Assembly (NCBI RefSeq): GCF_009914755.1 | Contig: NC_060932.1 | DNA length: 64,000 bases | Origin: the human T2T-CHM13v2.0 reference genome, Homo sapiens | Direction: 5' to 3' (one strand) | Part shown: piece after piece, positions 14,401 through 30,167 of the stretch | Layout: every line of letters starts with the position of its first letter | Position numbering within the stretch: the stretch's first letter is position 1 | Program-made: the position numbers and the translations under genes | The notes under the pieces: generated by a model | What the model was told of the DNA's origin: nothing | Databases searched by the model: none | What the model saw: the letters and a program-made list of their open reading frames with translations, nothing else

Positions 14401-17400
14401 ATAGATGATGCTAAAGATGAAGGGGGATGATTTTAAAAGGAAAGAGAGAAGAAAGAAAAAAATAAAAGACTTCCTGAGCATATGTATGACTTCTTTTCGT
14501 GGATCTCTTAAACCTACATTTTATTTAATCATAGTTTCTGTTGCATTGGTAGCATTCAGCAAACACACAAAAGTTATGTTGCATTACTTATATTTTCTCA
14601 TGCATGGGATTTGAAATATTTTTACAGATAAAAGAACTCATTATAATTCAGGAGAGTTTATCTTATTTGCCATTAGTTCATATCTACAGAAGGAGCATCT
14701 GTCTTCCAGCAATAGGTAGCTACTTAGTCTCATCTATCAGTTTTCCCTTTGATCAAGCCCACAAACCAGAACATTGTTGCTTTCCTGTGTCTGTTACGAC
14801 TTTACTTTTTTAACTGCTTTACTTTTTTAAAGCTGTTAATAGAGTGCTAAGTGAGGTGACACCTCAGACACTGACTAGATTCCAGAAGACACAAGAATTC
14901 TGGTCCCCAATTCGAAGCTCCTAATTTCTTCCTCTACCTCCACCATACACCACCTCTGAGTATAAGACAATATACCAGGAAATACATGATGAATCTTATC
15001 CAGTAAAAAACTACTAGCAAAGACCTAAAAAATGATCAATATCAAAGTCTACACTAAAGGTATTTATTTGAAATATTTATTCACAATTAGAAAGTCAGCG
15101 TGCTGTCTTGATCCTGTGTAAGGATCTCAAAGAATATCTGTGGACAGAGAAGATTAAAGAAAAAGTAGAAGAAGTAAATTTAGAGAAATATCAAATTAAA
15201 GAATCGCTCAAGTGCCTACCCTTCTCCCTCCGCCTCACCTTTTCCCTCGCCCCATCAAAGGTTTTGAAAAATTGTAAGAAGTCTGGGGAATTTGGAGGCT
15301 GAGCAGAGCAGAGATGCTTATGTTCGCCAGAGAATACGTTGGAATAAAATAGAAGAAGCAGAAGAGACATCTGATCTACTTCTGCTTCTGTAATATTGGC
15401 TTCAGCTACCTTTCTCTTGGGTCCTGATCTTCTCATTCAGTGAGATGCTCTGACAGATTGAAATAAAGTGATTAATGCCAATAAATTTAATTAATGGACC
15501 TGTCAAGCAGTTCAGCTGCAGTAGTTAATGTACTTCTGTGGCCCTCTCATCCCTCCCCACCTAGGGTGAGAAGGACAGGAAACCAGTGGCTCCCAAAACA
15601 CTATGCAAGAGAATTGCCCAGATATTTTAGTTAAAAAGGTAGACAAGGCTCCATCCCTGACCCACACTGAAATCAACGTATTTAAGGATGGGGGCCTACT
15701 AATTCAAATTCAGAAAACTATCCCAGTTAATTTTCCTGCAGCCATTCAGATGCTGGTTCATGGATAAAATTTTGGAAATCACTGGAGAAGATGAAATTAA
15801 GATCAAGACTTTATGATGTGATATTTGTAGACATTTTGGTAGAGTTAGTTTACTTCTATAGAATTAGTTTGGACATTTCCATAAATATGTCATTTGAGTG
15901 AAACTCTAAAGCAGGCAACACAAATATAAATACCACAGAATAAACAGGCAAGTAGAAAGTGCCAAAAATCAGAGACTAAAGCCCTCTCTAAAAGTCATAA
16001 TCCATTACTGCCATTTAGAAATGAGGGCTCAGTGCAATTGTTCAAATACATACAAACATTTAGATATTTTAAAGTGAAATTTCTTAATTTTAAAATTGTA
16101 ACAACTTAGTTGTAAAAACTTAAAATACTGTTTTAATGCCTAACTGGATGCTTCTATGGGTCTGAACATGATTGCTCTGTGAGCTCCCTTTAGGTATCCG
16201 CAAATAAGTTGTTACCTTTGTATAATTTCAAACTATAATAAACATTCTGAAGTATTCCAAGTATCAAAAGATGTTAAGCACAACAAAAAATTACCCCAGA
16301 CTGAGTAATGACTAATCTTTACCAAATATAATTTTTTCACTTGGTATGCATTAGGGTAGTATAGACATCATTCTAAACACAACTTGTATGGGGCTCAGCA
16401 GCACCCCCTCCCCAAACACAAACATGAACCCACACAGATATTATCTATCAGGGTCTATCTGTATGATGTTATATACACCAGGTGTTTATTTTAGGCTGGA
16501 GGAGGGCACCTTATTCAGGGAGACTTGGGATAATGAGATAATGAAACAACTACTACTACTGGCAGCGCTTCCTGAGCTGTGGTTTTTGACTCCTTGTGGA
16601 GAAAGATGTTAAAACCACAAGATAAAATAGCTGTTTCCTTGAGTCTTTATGGGACTCTGAGTACAAGTGCTGCTTGGGGGCCTGGGTAAGAAGGTCAACA
16701 CAAGCCAGGTGATTGGTATTCTCTACTTCTCTCTGGTTACTCTATAGCTCCAGCACCTGGAGGGCTGAAGGAGACTATAGCTTCATTTGGTGTCATGAGA
16801 CGCTGCAGCTTTTATGGAGGTGGGGTCAGGGCCTCAGCGTCATTTGGAGGGGCAGCCCTGACAGTGCCAAATGATGGACTTTGAGTCACTTGTGAGCAGG
16901 CACCACCTACAAAGACACCACAGGTGATATAAGCCAATTTGTTCCTGTATCTCAATGAAACTATGCAGGCAACTCCCAGAAAATTGATGCCTCTGCACCA
17001 CATACCTACCACCATCACCATCCATGGCCCTACTGAAAGCCTTATTTACCCTAATGATTTCTGTTAAGGATAGACCTAAGCCAATTTAGCCATTCAGAGT
17101 CATCAGGTTCTCCCTGGTAAATATTGGTTGCCTCCAGTGACTAGTGATGGCTGGAGCCAGTTGTTTTCTCTACAACGTTATTGCTAGATGCTATGTTAAA
17201 AAAAATACAAATTCTGAAACAAGTATCAATATTTATTAATGAGCAGGCATCAAAACATGCAAACAATGAGGTCTTGCAAACTTGAGGAACTGCTAGCTCT
17301 CTACCCTTCCCACTCTTCTCTTTTGCACTCCACAAGGCCACTAACAGCTCATCCTGAGACAACCCTACAAATACTCTGATGGCAGAAAAGCAATGTTTGT

Positions 17401-18506
17401 AGTCTCATAGAGCAAATAATTCTCTATTAGGCGAGAAAGTTGTGAATAAGTGGAGTTTTAGAGCTGAGGTGCTGCTCAAAAAATATTAGCCTGCTGGGAT
17501 CACAGAGGATTGATCATGCAAGACTAGATTTTTCTGTACAGACTTTTCCAGCCAACAGCTATTGAATGCTATTTATTTCTCCAACAACATATTTTTAATA
17601 TTCCTTATGTCAGTTAATAAACCCTCCAGTACTGAATCAGACTGTGATATGTGAAACATATTCCGTGTAGCTACTTCTGTAAAGTGTGAACTGTGGGATA
17701 CAGTTTTCTAAATTCCAAACGACCACCTCTGAAGCATCTTTAAATGGAAATTGCTGGGTAGCATTCTTTATTTATGTGATCATCCCTGCAATATAGATTC
17801 ATGTTAACTTGCACACACATCCACACCTCACACTCTCCAGACACATTTTAGATAATAGAATAATATCCCACAGAACATTATTTTTGGACAAGGAACCTAT
17901 TTATAGTGAATTAACATTACAGTAAAGGAGATCAAGCTCGTGGGTTTCACTGATCCTACTCTCTATTCAATTGTTTAGAAGCAGCTGGCTCTGTAAAATA
18001 GAATGGTATATGAAGACTCTGGCACAATGTTAATTAGGAGAAAATACCACATGAGACAGAGGTGTTGCTCACAGGCTTGGTATCCACTCTAAACAGCAAC
18101 CAACAAGAGGCTCTTTCCCCCTGAATATATAGGCACAGAATTTAACTGGTTGAAGTCAAAGGAGTCCCTCTTATTTTTATACACATAATGGTCTTCTCAC
18201 AAAATTTCACCTTATGCAGCAGCAAATATATACCTCCTTGATAAGCAAGATCAATTTTATTGGCCAATATCCCAATATTATAAACCTCCTTTCCTTCTGT
18301 TGAATCAGTGGCTGGAGAAGCCCAAATTTATCAAGTGGATGTCTCAGCTTCACATACAATGGAACCATTGTTTAGTCTCCTGCTGGAAGCACCAGTGTTC
18401 TCCTGAAATATTAAAATCTTAAAACCATGGGAGCCTGAGGTTTATCTTGTATTGGACAATGAAAAGAGTGGTATATGGCAGTAATGAGACTTGTTGCCTG
18501 ATCATT

Positions 18507-18860
18507 TAATATGATTTGGCTGTGTCCCCACCCAAATCTCATCTTGAACTGTAGCTCCCATAATTCCCATGTGTTGTGGGAGGGACCTGGTCAGAGATAA
18601 CTGAATCATGGAGGCGGTTTTCCCCATACTGTTCCTGTGGTAGTGAATAACTCTCGAGAGATCTGATGATTTTATAAGGGATTTCCGTTTTTGCTTGGCT
18701 CTCTCATTCTGTCTTGTCTGCTGCCATGTTAAGACATGCCTTTCCTCCACCATGATTGTGAGGCCTCCCCAGCCACATGGAACTGTGAGTCCATTAAACC
18801 TTTTTCTTTATAAATCACCCAATCTCGGATATATCTTTATCAACAGTGTGAAAATACCAT
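18507..18860. mobile_element. THE1-type MaLR solo LTR
   Basis: ATATGATTTGGCTGTGTCCCCACCCAAATCTCATCTTGAACTGTAGCTCCC...GTGAGGCCTCCCCAGCCACATGGAACTGTGAGTCCATTAAACC. Confidence 0.9.
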
Positions 18861-19194
18861 TATTTGAATCTCCTTTCAATATTTGGGGAATTCTTGATGA
18901 GAAGCACAACATACCTCCCCACTATAAAAGCTGATTATTCCAGGTAACCACTCTCCAAGCCTCTTTTGTAGTTAGTGCATGGCATATGGTCTAAGCATAG
19001 CTAATAACAAGCACTCATTCTGGAACTTGAGTAAGAAACTGATGAAACAAAGAATCAAGATAGGAGGAAACTTCTCTGCAAGCAGATGAGAGGTACATCT
19101 AGCTTCCAAGGTCACCAAGCTATGAAATGCCAGCAACAGCATCCAGTGATGAGTGTCACAATGAGCTCGATGCCCACTATAGTGCTCAGGGATC

Positions 19195-20365
19195 ATATTA
19201 ATTTTCTATTACTGTATAACAAATTATCACCATCTTAGCCCTAAAAACAACACACATTGATTTTCTCACCAATCTGTATGGCAGAAGTCCAGGTGGGTAA
19301 GACTGACTTCTCCATTGCAGGTTTCACAAGGAAGAAATCAAGGTAGTGGCCAGTCTGAGCTAATTTCTAGAGGCTCTGGGGAGAATCTGTGCAGAAGAGT
19401 GGCTCTTCCATGGTTTCCTGGTGACTTTTCATGTATTTACATAGCTCATGCATGCAAAGGCTTGAACCACAGCTTACCTGAGCTTTAGAAGAATGCTTTG
19501 TGACCCTTCCAGAATAGGAGAGGCTAGGAGGATGATGAGGAGCTTCTGTGAGGCCATCTCCCACTGAACCTACCTCTCCCAAGAGGCATTCATGAGATGA
19601 TATGGTTTATTGTGGCTTCCCAGGTTATGGTGAGGGATGGGAATGTCTTCTCTGCTCCTCTGAAAATGGAGCTGTAGGATATGAGACTGCCTAGCTATAG
19701 TGTAGAATTAGCTCCTCAGCAACACCATAGCCCGTAATCCATATTACAGCCCCCTTTTGTTTCTGTATCATTCTTTCTGCTGTGAGGTATTAGGACCATA
19801 GGGAACTGCAGCCCTTGGTTAATCTTCCCTCTTGCTGTCTATATAAGTAAATCAGCTGTTTGAATCTAAAAGTGGCTTATTGTATTTTTACTAGTTTAAA
19901 CAGTAAACGAGTCTTGCCTTGTCTTGGGTTTGCTTGGAGACCTGCTTCCAAGCTCATCCAAGTTGTTGGCAGAATTTAGTTTTTTTGTGTATGTGGGCTG
20001 AGTCTCCCATTTTTGCTGACTGTCTGCTAGGAATGGCTCTCATCTCCTTAAGGCTCCAGTCAACCCTCATCATGTTGCCACCTCCATCTCCACACCAGCA
20101 ATGGTGCAATTTTTCTCATGCTTCAAATCTCTCCAACTTCTCCATCAGATCTCTTCTTTCTCCTTTCAGAAAAAGTTCTGTGTTTTAAGGCTCATATTAT
20201 AACATTGGGCCCACCTGGGCAACATGGAATAGTCTCCCTATTTTAAGGTTCATAAACTTAATTACATTTGCAAAGTCCCTCTTGTCATGTAAAGTAACAA
20301 TGTAATGTCACAGGCTCTGGAATTACGGTGTGGATATCTTTTGGGATACATTCTGCCAACTAAAA
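19195..20365. mobile_element. MLT1-type LTR split by a ~550-bp insertion (~19388-19945)
   Basis: The MLT1 motif GGCTCTGGGGAGAATCTG|CTTCCAAGCTCATCC is broken between ~19388 and ~19945. The flanks read as continuous MLT1. Confidence 0.6.
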
Positions 20366-21504
20366 TTGGAAATGATGTTGGCATCTCATCAGACCAGATT
20401 TATGGCACAATTTTGACTCTTGCTGTGCCTAGATGGCTTTCAAGCTTGGTTCTACAGCACTTCTAGCTACTCAAGCTACTGTGAGCTGCTCAATATTCCT
20501 CTATAAATCCCTCTCCTGCTTGCAGAGTCAACTTTTATTTCTTGCAAGTAAAATTCTAACTGATACAGATCCACATCATTTTTAGCACTGTTGACAAATA
20601 TTGGATGACATTTCTTAGGGCTTAAAAATTTTTGCCAAATGATCATAGCCCATAGACTGGCATACAAATATATCCTTCACAACTTTAAAATAACAATGAC
20701 ATCTTGGCATAAAAAGCTTCCTTTTCTTTTTTGAGACAGTCCCCTCTGGGGCTTGTGGTATCAATGTCTGTAACTGTCTTATGAAATAATTCCTTATTCT
20801 CGACTGACCATTATAAGAGAAAACAATTGAGAAAGTAGTCACCCAAAGACCAACACCTTACCTCTCACTCCCAGTGAGAATCTTCCATCCTACTTTCCCC
20901 TCCCTCAGTCTTATTCTCAGTCAAGGTTGTTACACAAACATCATCTGGAATTGCAGAGGAAGTAATCACTCCATATCATTTAACTTCTTGCTACTGTACT
21001 TTGAACTAATTGTTCCCCTTCCTCTAGGAACCATCAGAGGTAACCCCACAATGTCTTGCAACCCTGCTGACCTTACGTACCACCTGCACTCTTGTCCCCT
21101 TCCTGCTTGGGACCCCTCATAGTCTGGTACATTGCCTTCCCCTTCCTGCCCATGCAAAGCCTACACTGTGCACTTTAGGTAGCCTCACCTGGAAACAGCT
21201 AGTCCTTCTTCAACATTTGCTGATTGTGCCTTTACTGAAAGCTGACTTTCCCCAATGGACTCCATTTCTCCAAAACTCCCCCAGTTGAAGGCCTTTTATA
21301 TCCCTCTCTCATTTCCCCACACTGCAGAGCCATGAGGCAGTATGAGTGTTCTCCGTGCTCCCTCTTGCCTCTTCCATATCCTTTCTCCTTCCTCCTGCAA
21401 TGTCCCACCTCCTCCGATATTCAAGCCGCCAGAATATACCAGAGATGCTGCTCCCTCCTTGCTATCATCTGCAGACATCTCATTCTTTCCCATCTCTTAA
21501 CTGA

Positions 21505-22057
21505 AGAGGTTACCAAGTAAAATGGCTTGCTCCTAAATGCACAGGAAGCCAATATTTTATCCCTGGGTTTTTGAGAAAAGAAAAGCATTTTTTATTGCAA
21601 GTTAACTAACAAGGAGACTAGAGTCTAGCTCAAATCTGTCTCCATGTACTGGCTCCAAGGCAGTCATTTTATTAGAAAAGCTTTAGGGGGTGAATTGTGA
21701 GATTAGTGGGTAATTGGTAGGCGGAAAGAGGAGGACTAAAAAGTTCTCAGGCATGCACAGGTGTCTCTTCACTGCCTTCTCATGAGTCAGTCGCATGTGC
21801 ACATTTGACAGGCATTAGTATGAAACATGTGGTCGAAATTTGGGCTGTGACGTCAGCAAGCCCATTCTTTATAGACTTCAGTTGGTCATATTGGTTCCAA
21901 TCAATTTTAATCAATTTTTGGCAGTCTTTTAAATCTCGTAAGTTGGGGGAGCTCCAGCATTTCAGCAAGTCTTTTGTTGTTATTTAATCTCCCATCCTAC
22001 AAACTCATGAATATGTCTTAGTCATTAGTTTCTTTAACTATTTTGGGCACAGTTTCA
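21505..22057 (-). mobile_element. ERV1 solo LTR, MER66-like (copy 1)
   Basis: Ends GCACAGTTTCA (TGAAACTGTGC on the minus strand). AATAAA on the minus strand at ~21595. Colinear with 24033-24539. Confidence 0.7.
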
Positions 22058-22060
22058 ATT

Positions 22061-22441
22061 TGATATGGTTTGGCTGTTTTCCACCCAACTCTCATCTTGA
22101 ATTGTAGCTCCCATAATCCCCACAGATTGTAGCAGTGACCTAGTAGGAGATAATTGAATCATGGAGGCAGTTTCTCCCCTATGGTAGTGAATAAACCTCG
22201 TGGTAGTGAATATGTCTCATGAGATCTGATGGTTTTATAAGAGGTTTCCCTTTTTGCTTGGCTCTCATTCTTCTCCTGCCTGCTGCCAGGTAAGATGTGA
22301 CTTTGCTGCTCCTTCGCCTTCTGCCATGACTCTGAGGCCTTCCCAGCCCTGTGGAACTGTGAGTTCATTAAATCTCTTTCTCTTCTAAATTACCCAGTCT
22401 CGGGTAAGTCTTCATTAGCAGCATGAGAACAGACTAATACA
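22061..22441. mobile_element. THE1-type MaLR solo LTR with 5-bp TSD CAATT
   Basis: TGATATGGTTTGGCTG...AGACTAATACA, with CAATT at 22056-22060 and 22442-22446. Confidence 0.93.
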
Positions 22442-22757
22442 CAATTCTTGTGGTCTCTGCTCAGATTCCACCTTCTTAAAGGAGCCTTCCATGCCACCCC
22501 ATCTGAAGTCACTTTACCTCCACCCCATTTCGTCTCTAGCCCATCATCCTGTTCATTTCCTTCAGAGCATGTATATTCTGAAGTTTTTTTAATTATTTTA
22601 TTCATTGGTTTAGTGTATGTTTATCCTCATTAGAATAAGCAAGGTCTTCATCTTTCTATTTCACAGATATAACCTCAGTACCTAGAATAGTGTCTGACAT
22701 TTTAAGAAAAATTACCTACCTGAAATTAAGTCACAGTTACATGAAGTTCTACCTTGA

Positions 22758-23271
<514 letters not shown>

Positions 23272-23404
23272 TCTTTTCCCCTTTTAAGCTTTTCAGAGGA
23301 AGTCTCTTTTATATGGACGTTAGAGTTCAACCTATTAGGGCACTTTCAAGGTACAATGACAATGGAGTAAATCATGAGTGGAAAAAAAAACTTAAATTTG
23401 ATTA

Positions 23405-23773
<369 letters not shown>

Positions 23774-24032
23774 TTAGACAGAGTCTGTGAGTCCTCTTAA
23801 GGAATCAAGTCAAACAATCCTCAGGACCAGCCTCAACCTGCCATCAAACTCCCAAAGGCCCTACCACCACAGAATGCTCAGGGACAGTGCAGGGATGCTG
23901 CACAGAGCCCATCACTTGGAAATATCTGGGAGCCAGTGAGAAAGAGAGAACAGCAACCCTCAGCATAATCAGTATTTAAATGTGTCCACAGATCTGACAG
24001 ATGGACTGGACAGAAAGCAGGAAATGGAGGAG

Positions 24033-24539
24033 TGTGTCTGGAAGAAAGGGCATGCTGCTTGATGCACTAGAAGCCAACATCATGGCTTTGGATTTTTAAG
24101 CAAAGAAAAGCTTTTTATTGTAGAGCAACCAACAAGGAGAGTGGAGTCAAGCTCAAATCTTTCTCCCAGTGCTGGCCTGGTATTTTTATTAGAAAAGGTT
24201 TAGGGGGTGGATCTGGGGATTAGTAGGTGACTGGTGGAAGGAAAGGGGAGGTCTGGAAAATCCTCGGACATATGTAGTTGTCTCTTCATGCCTACTCCTG
24301 GGTTGTATGCATAAATTCACAGGGAGTTAGTATGAAGCATGCAGCCAACATTTGAACGAGCTTGTTCTGTGCAAACTTCAGTTGGCCATATTGGTTCCAA
24401 CCAATTTCAGCCAGTTTTGTTATTTTATAAGCAGAGGGAGTTTTGGCATTTCAGCAAGCTGATTTTATTTTTTATAATGTCATCATGTAAACTCAAGAAT
24501 TGGCTACTGGTTTCTTGACCTCTTTGGAGCACAGTTTCA
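24033..24539 (-). mobile_element. ERV1 solo LTR, MER66-like (copy 2)
   Basis: Shares blocks with copy 1 (AGAAAAGC..TTTTTATTG, ACAAGGAGA, GCTCAAATCT, TTTTATTAGAAAAG, CATATTGGTTCCAA) and the same GCACAGTTTCA end. Confidence 0.7.
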
Positions 24540-25248
24540 AACGTGTCAGAGCCTAAAGATCAGTGAAAAGGCTGCTCAAGAAGTGGGTGAAGCTGGCCTG
24601 GCCATGCCTGTTGCAGCCCCTCTATTCTTGGAGCCCTCTGCTATCTGAGAAGGAGAAACCTAAGGCAGGAAGGAGCAGAAGGAATTCTGTTTCCAAGAAC
24701 CCAGTGAACTGGTGTAGAAAGCTCTTTCTGAAGAGCTGGTCCTGCCAGTCAGTCACAGAGAAGATCCCCTTGTTGGTTCAGGAACGCGGAGAACAGCATC
24801 AGGCTGATGGCCAAGGATGATGAGACAGAAGGAGCAGCCATCACGGAAAGGTACAGATGCCTGATTTTCTTGCCAGTTCCTCCCCTTTCCCTAACCAAGT
24901 TCTAGGGAATAATAGGGTGAGGAGAACCCCAGTAGAGTTCCATCAGGAGGTGGAGACTCTAATTTGTGGAATTTGGAATTGCTAAATATTTGTAATCACT
25001 GGTAGGTGAGGTCAAGACACCTATGAGCTACAAATAAGAGAACCAAAGTGTTAATATTATCCTCAATGGAAAAGATGTTCTTAACTCAAATAAAGAAAGG
25101 ACTGGCTTTCCAATGGAAAAAAAAAAGTCAAACTGTATCAATAGATAATTTACTAGTGAAGGACTGTGACTTATAAATGCACAAGTACAAATACTCAATT
25201 TGAAAATAAAAAATAAAAATTAAATTGATAAAAGATGTATCAACTGAG

Positions 25249-25321
25249 CATATATATATATACACATATATATACATATATATGTTTAATATACATATAT
25301 ATGTACATACATATATATATA
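25249..25321. repeat. (TA)n/(TACA)n microsatellite at an Alu tail
   Basis: Directly visible. Confidence 0.9.
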
Positions 25322-25661
<340 letters not shown>

Positions 25662-26498
25662 TAGGAGTTCCAGTAGGCATAAAAATATTTCAAGCTTTCT
25701 AAGAAGAGATTTGGCAACAAATATCAAACATTTTAAAAGAGCTCATCGTCTTTAAAATCGTAATTTTATTTTTAGGACTCAACCCAAGGAGCTCACTAGA
25801 GATGGAAACAAATATTTACAAAGATGCTTATGCAGCATTTTAATCATAAAAACATTGAAAACTGCCTAAATATGTAGGAGATGGCTAAATAATTAAGATA
25901 ATGTAATAAGTGTTAGGCAGTCATTCAAACGATGTCTTAATGTTAGTGACGTGGAAAATATTCAATATATAATGTTCAAAAGAAGGAAAAAAAAGATGCA
26001 AAACGATATAGTATGATTACCTACAAGCCATAAAATCACTGAACTGTACCTCAGGCATTACCCAGGCCACTGCGATCATTTTATGGATGAAGAAATTAAG
26101 GTTCAGAAAAGAAATTAAAGATCGGAGAGGATAAACGACTTCCTCAAAGTCACAGAGTTAGTTTGGAACAGAACCAGGACTAGAATTCTGAAGTCCCTGA
26201 ACTCTCCACTGAACGTTTCTGAAACTGGCTCACAAAAATTTTCCTTAACCATAATATGCATGTATGCGTTTTTCAGGGGCTTCCAACCTCCTACCTATAT
26301 CACTACATTTCTCTCTCTTTCTCTCTCTCTGTCCCCCACCCACTTTTATTCCATTACTATTACCCTTATCAATCTATTATGACTCTGGTTACTAAAACTG
26401 CCTTATTTCCAAATCCTTATCTGACTTGGTAAAGGGAATTCTTTTTTGTTCTTTTCATCTCTATCAGATCATTAACACTTTAAGAAATATACATTCAT

Positions 26499-26571
26499 GT
26501 CTACGGCCATACCACACTGAACACGCCCGATCTCATCTGATCTCAGAAGCCAAGCAGTACTTGGATGGGAG
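26499..26571 (+). pseudogene. 5S rRNA retropseudogene: 3'-truncated, tailless, with an internal deletion
   Basis: GTCTACGGCCATACCACACTGAACACGCCCGATCTCATCTGATCTCAGAAGCCAAGCAG-TACTTGGATGGGAG matches the first ~90 nt of human 5S, lacking GGTCGGGCCTGGTTAG. Flanked by AGAAATATACATTCATG at 26483-26499 and 26570-26586. Confidence 0.95.
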
Positions 26572-27154
26572 AAATATACATTCATGAGGGGAATATCCCT
26601 AGGCCTTCTCAAATTTGCAAATCTGAAAATACGCCTATTACATATCATTTTTCCATAAAATGCTATATAAAGTACAACTTAAAATTTTAAGTGACCCCCT
26701 TAGACAATTAATGATTCTATAAATTCAGTGCTGAAGGCTTTTACACAGCTATTAAAATAAATTCTGGCAGAAATAGTTGCAGAAATAGTTCCACAGATTG
26801 CTCACTCTTGTTTCTCTGTAGAGTGCATGATAATACTGAGTTGAACTCATCATTTGACTCTATTTTTTTTTTCTTTTCTGTCTAAGAAGTATAACCTTTG
26901 GAACCACTTAACTTTTATCCCAAACTTAGCTACTGACTTTCTTTTCGAGGTCATTTTTTCAAAAGAAATAAATGTGTGTTTTCATGTTTGGTTTTTGTTG
27001 TTGTTGTTGTTTTGTTTAATTCAATCACTACCCATAGCCAAGAGGCAGTGCTGAGCAGAGAACAGAGTTGCGTCTAGATTTAGATACAGGGAAGCCAATT
27101 ATGTACTCACCTATTAAGATCACTCTAAAATACTAAATTCGAATGCGTGATGCC

Positions 27155-27308
27155 GTTGTGATGCAGGGTGCCTGTAATCCCAGCTACTCGGGAGGCTAGG
27201 CAGGTAGAATTGCTTGAACCCAGGAGGCGAAGGTTGCAGTGAGCCGAGATCAAGCCACTCTGTCTCAAAAAAAATATATAAACAAACAACAACAACAAAA
27301 AAAACAAA
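27155..27308 (+). mobile_element. Partial Alu (right arm, internally deleted)
   Basis: GTGCCTGTAATCCCAGCTACTCGGGAGGCT...GCAGTGAGCCGAGATC...TGTCTCAAAAAA. Confidence 0.85.
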
Positions 27309-28806
27309 TTCATGATGCCCGCAAAATTATTAATTACTATGTTCCAAAATAATCAAAATTTTAAATGTTATCCCAAAATGCCAAGTTTTGTTTTCCTATA
27401 GCGTTTCATTCCTAGTAAGACACTTTATCATGTCGAGTCTATTTTTTAATATTTTCCTTTGCCTACCTATCCCACTTCCAATTAGCTGAGGTGGCTATTG
27501 TGTGTTCCTAACCTCGTCTGTAGCCCAGTGATAAACACGTTAGCAGTTGCTCAGCACTTACCTATTTGTCTGACAAAAGATCTGCAAACACTTCAGGCCC
27601 AGATTATTAGTGGGATGGAAGCAGGAAAAGTCTAAAATGCATGCTTTTGGGATACCCCTATGGTCTTATACAACCCAGTCTGATTTCCCACATTATCCCA
27701 AAGCAAATGCTTTCCTCTATTATAAGTGATTAAAATCTACCATGACCTATCAAGTCCTTTCTTTAATGAAAGTAGAATGAGAAATATGTCAGTTAATACA
27801 GCAAATGAAAGGGGGAAACTGCATTGTAAAAGTATGGTTTAGGAATCAAATTTCACTGTCCCTGGCATGAAATAAAATAGAGATAGACATTCTATAGTCA
27901 TGTTCTTCTTTCCTTACCTAGAAAATACCAGTCACCTCAGAATTATTGGATAAGTCTGTCAAGACAAAGTCTGGCCTCATTATGCTGACAACCATGAAGG
28001 GTCTAGAATGTGGCCCAACATGCTGGAAGCCCAGACTTCTCACTGGTGACCTAGGAACAGGCCCTGTTCATTATTACATACATATTTGGGACTTTGAACA
28101 ATTCAATTATATTTTATTTGTACTTAATCTTGGAATATCTTTCTGTTACAAATTCATTTTGGTTAAGGGAACATCATAAAGGGCGTTTTTCCTACAATTA
28201 TGATAAAGTTCACCAGCTGTTAGCAACTCTTTGCATCTAGGAAATAAATCTCAATTAGATTTCACATGATAAATACTAGTGTGTCTTGCCACCATTCCCA
28301 TATGCAGTCATAAACAAGTCATCACTATTTTACTCGTAAATATCTCTCAATTTCACCCACCCTTCTCTATTTCACCCTCATCCACTTCCACGCTGTCCTA
28401 TGATTGCGCACTGACCACCCTTTTTCATTCTGGTTCCCCACCAATCTCTTCTTCTCATTGCAGAGCGAGGAGAGATTTAGAAAATGTAAATCTATTGTCA
28501 AATCTAGGCTTAAATGCTTCAAAGGTTTTCCAGTGCTTTCAGGAAAAAAAATGCACAGGATAAAAATCCCAGGATCCAAGAGCCTCACACCCTTGGCCTG
28601 ACTCTAGCCATGTCCAGTTCCACTGTCTGCATCTTCTCCTCACCTCAGCCCAGTTGTTCTCCAACCACCAGGTTGAAGGCTATGTCACCTGGAGAGTGGG
28701 ACCTGGGCTGGAGGAGAGAAGGGTGGGGAGCAAGCTAGGGATTGTTGTCGGTTAAGTGTCCCAGGTGATTCTAATATCAGAGTTGAGAACCATGCCTCTC
28801 CAGTAG

Positions 28807-29314
<508 letters not shown>

Positions 29315-29419
29315 TGAATAAAGGAACAACGGCAAGCTAGTTGATTATTTTACTTAAAATATTTAATATGATACAGGGCATTTTCATTTTAAAGACAATA
29401 AAAAGTATATTTTAACAAT

Positions 29420-29704
29420 TTTTTTTACTTTTTTTTTTTTTTTTTGAGACAGGGTCTCACTCTCGCCCAGGCTCACCATAGCCTCAAGAACTTCTGGGCT
29501 CAAGCGATCCTCCTGCCTCCATCTCTGGAGTAGCTGGGACCACAGGCACGTGCCACCATGCCTGGCTAATTTTTTTAGTTTTTTTACAGAAGGGATTCCC
29601 ATTATGTTGTCCAGGCTGGTCTCAAACTCTTGGGCTGATGTAATTCTCTCACTTCAGCTTCCCAAAATAATGGAATTACTGGCATAAGCCACTGTGCCTC
29701 ACCA
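29420..29704 (-). mobile_element. AluJ-like (diverged)
   Basis: J-type motifs GAGACAGGGTCTCACTC and GGGCTCAAGCGATCCTCC. Confidence 0.85.
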
Positions 29705-29867
29705 AACATATATATATATATAATGCCTATATTTTCACACTAAAAGATAGCAAATGATCCTGTATTAAATTTCCTTCTGGTCTTTTTTCTAAACATACAT
29801 ATTTCAATATTAATAAAGATAATATTGTACATTTAATGTTGCTACTTAAAAAAAATTTAATATTCTT

Positions 29868-30167
<300 letters not shown>

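Noticed and set aside
26499-26571. Functional 5S rRNA gene
   Set aside because: The 3' ~30 nt and terminator are missing, the control region has an internal deletion, CpGs have decayed, and it has a TSD.
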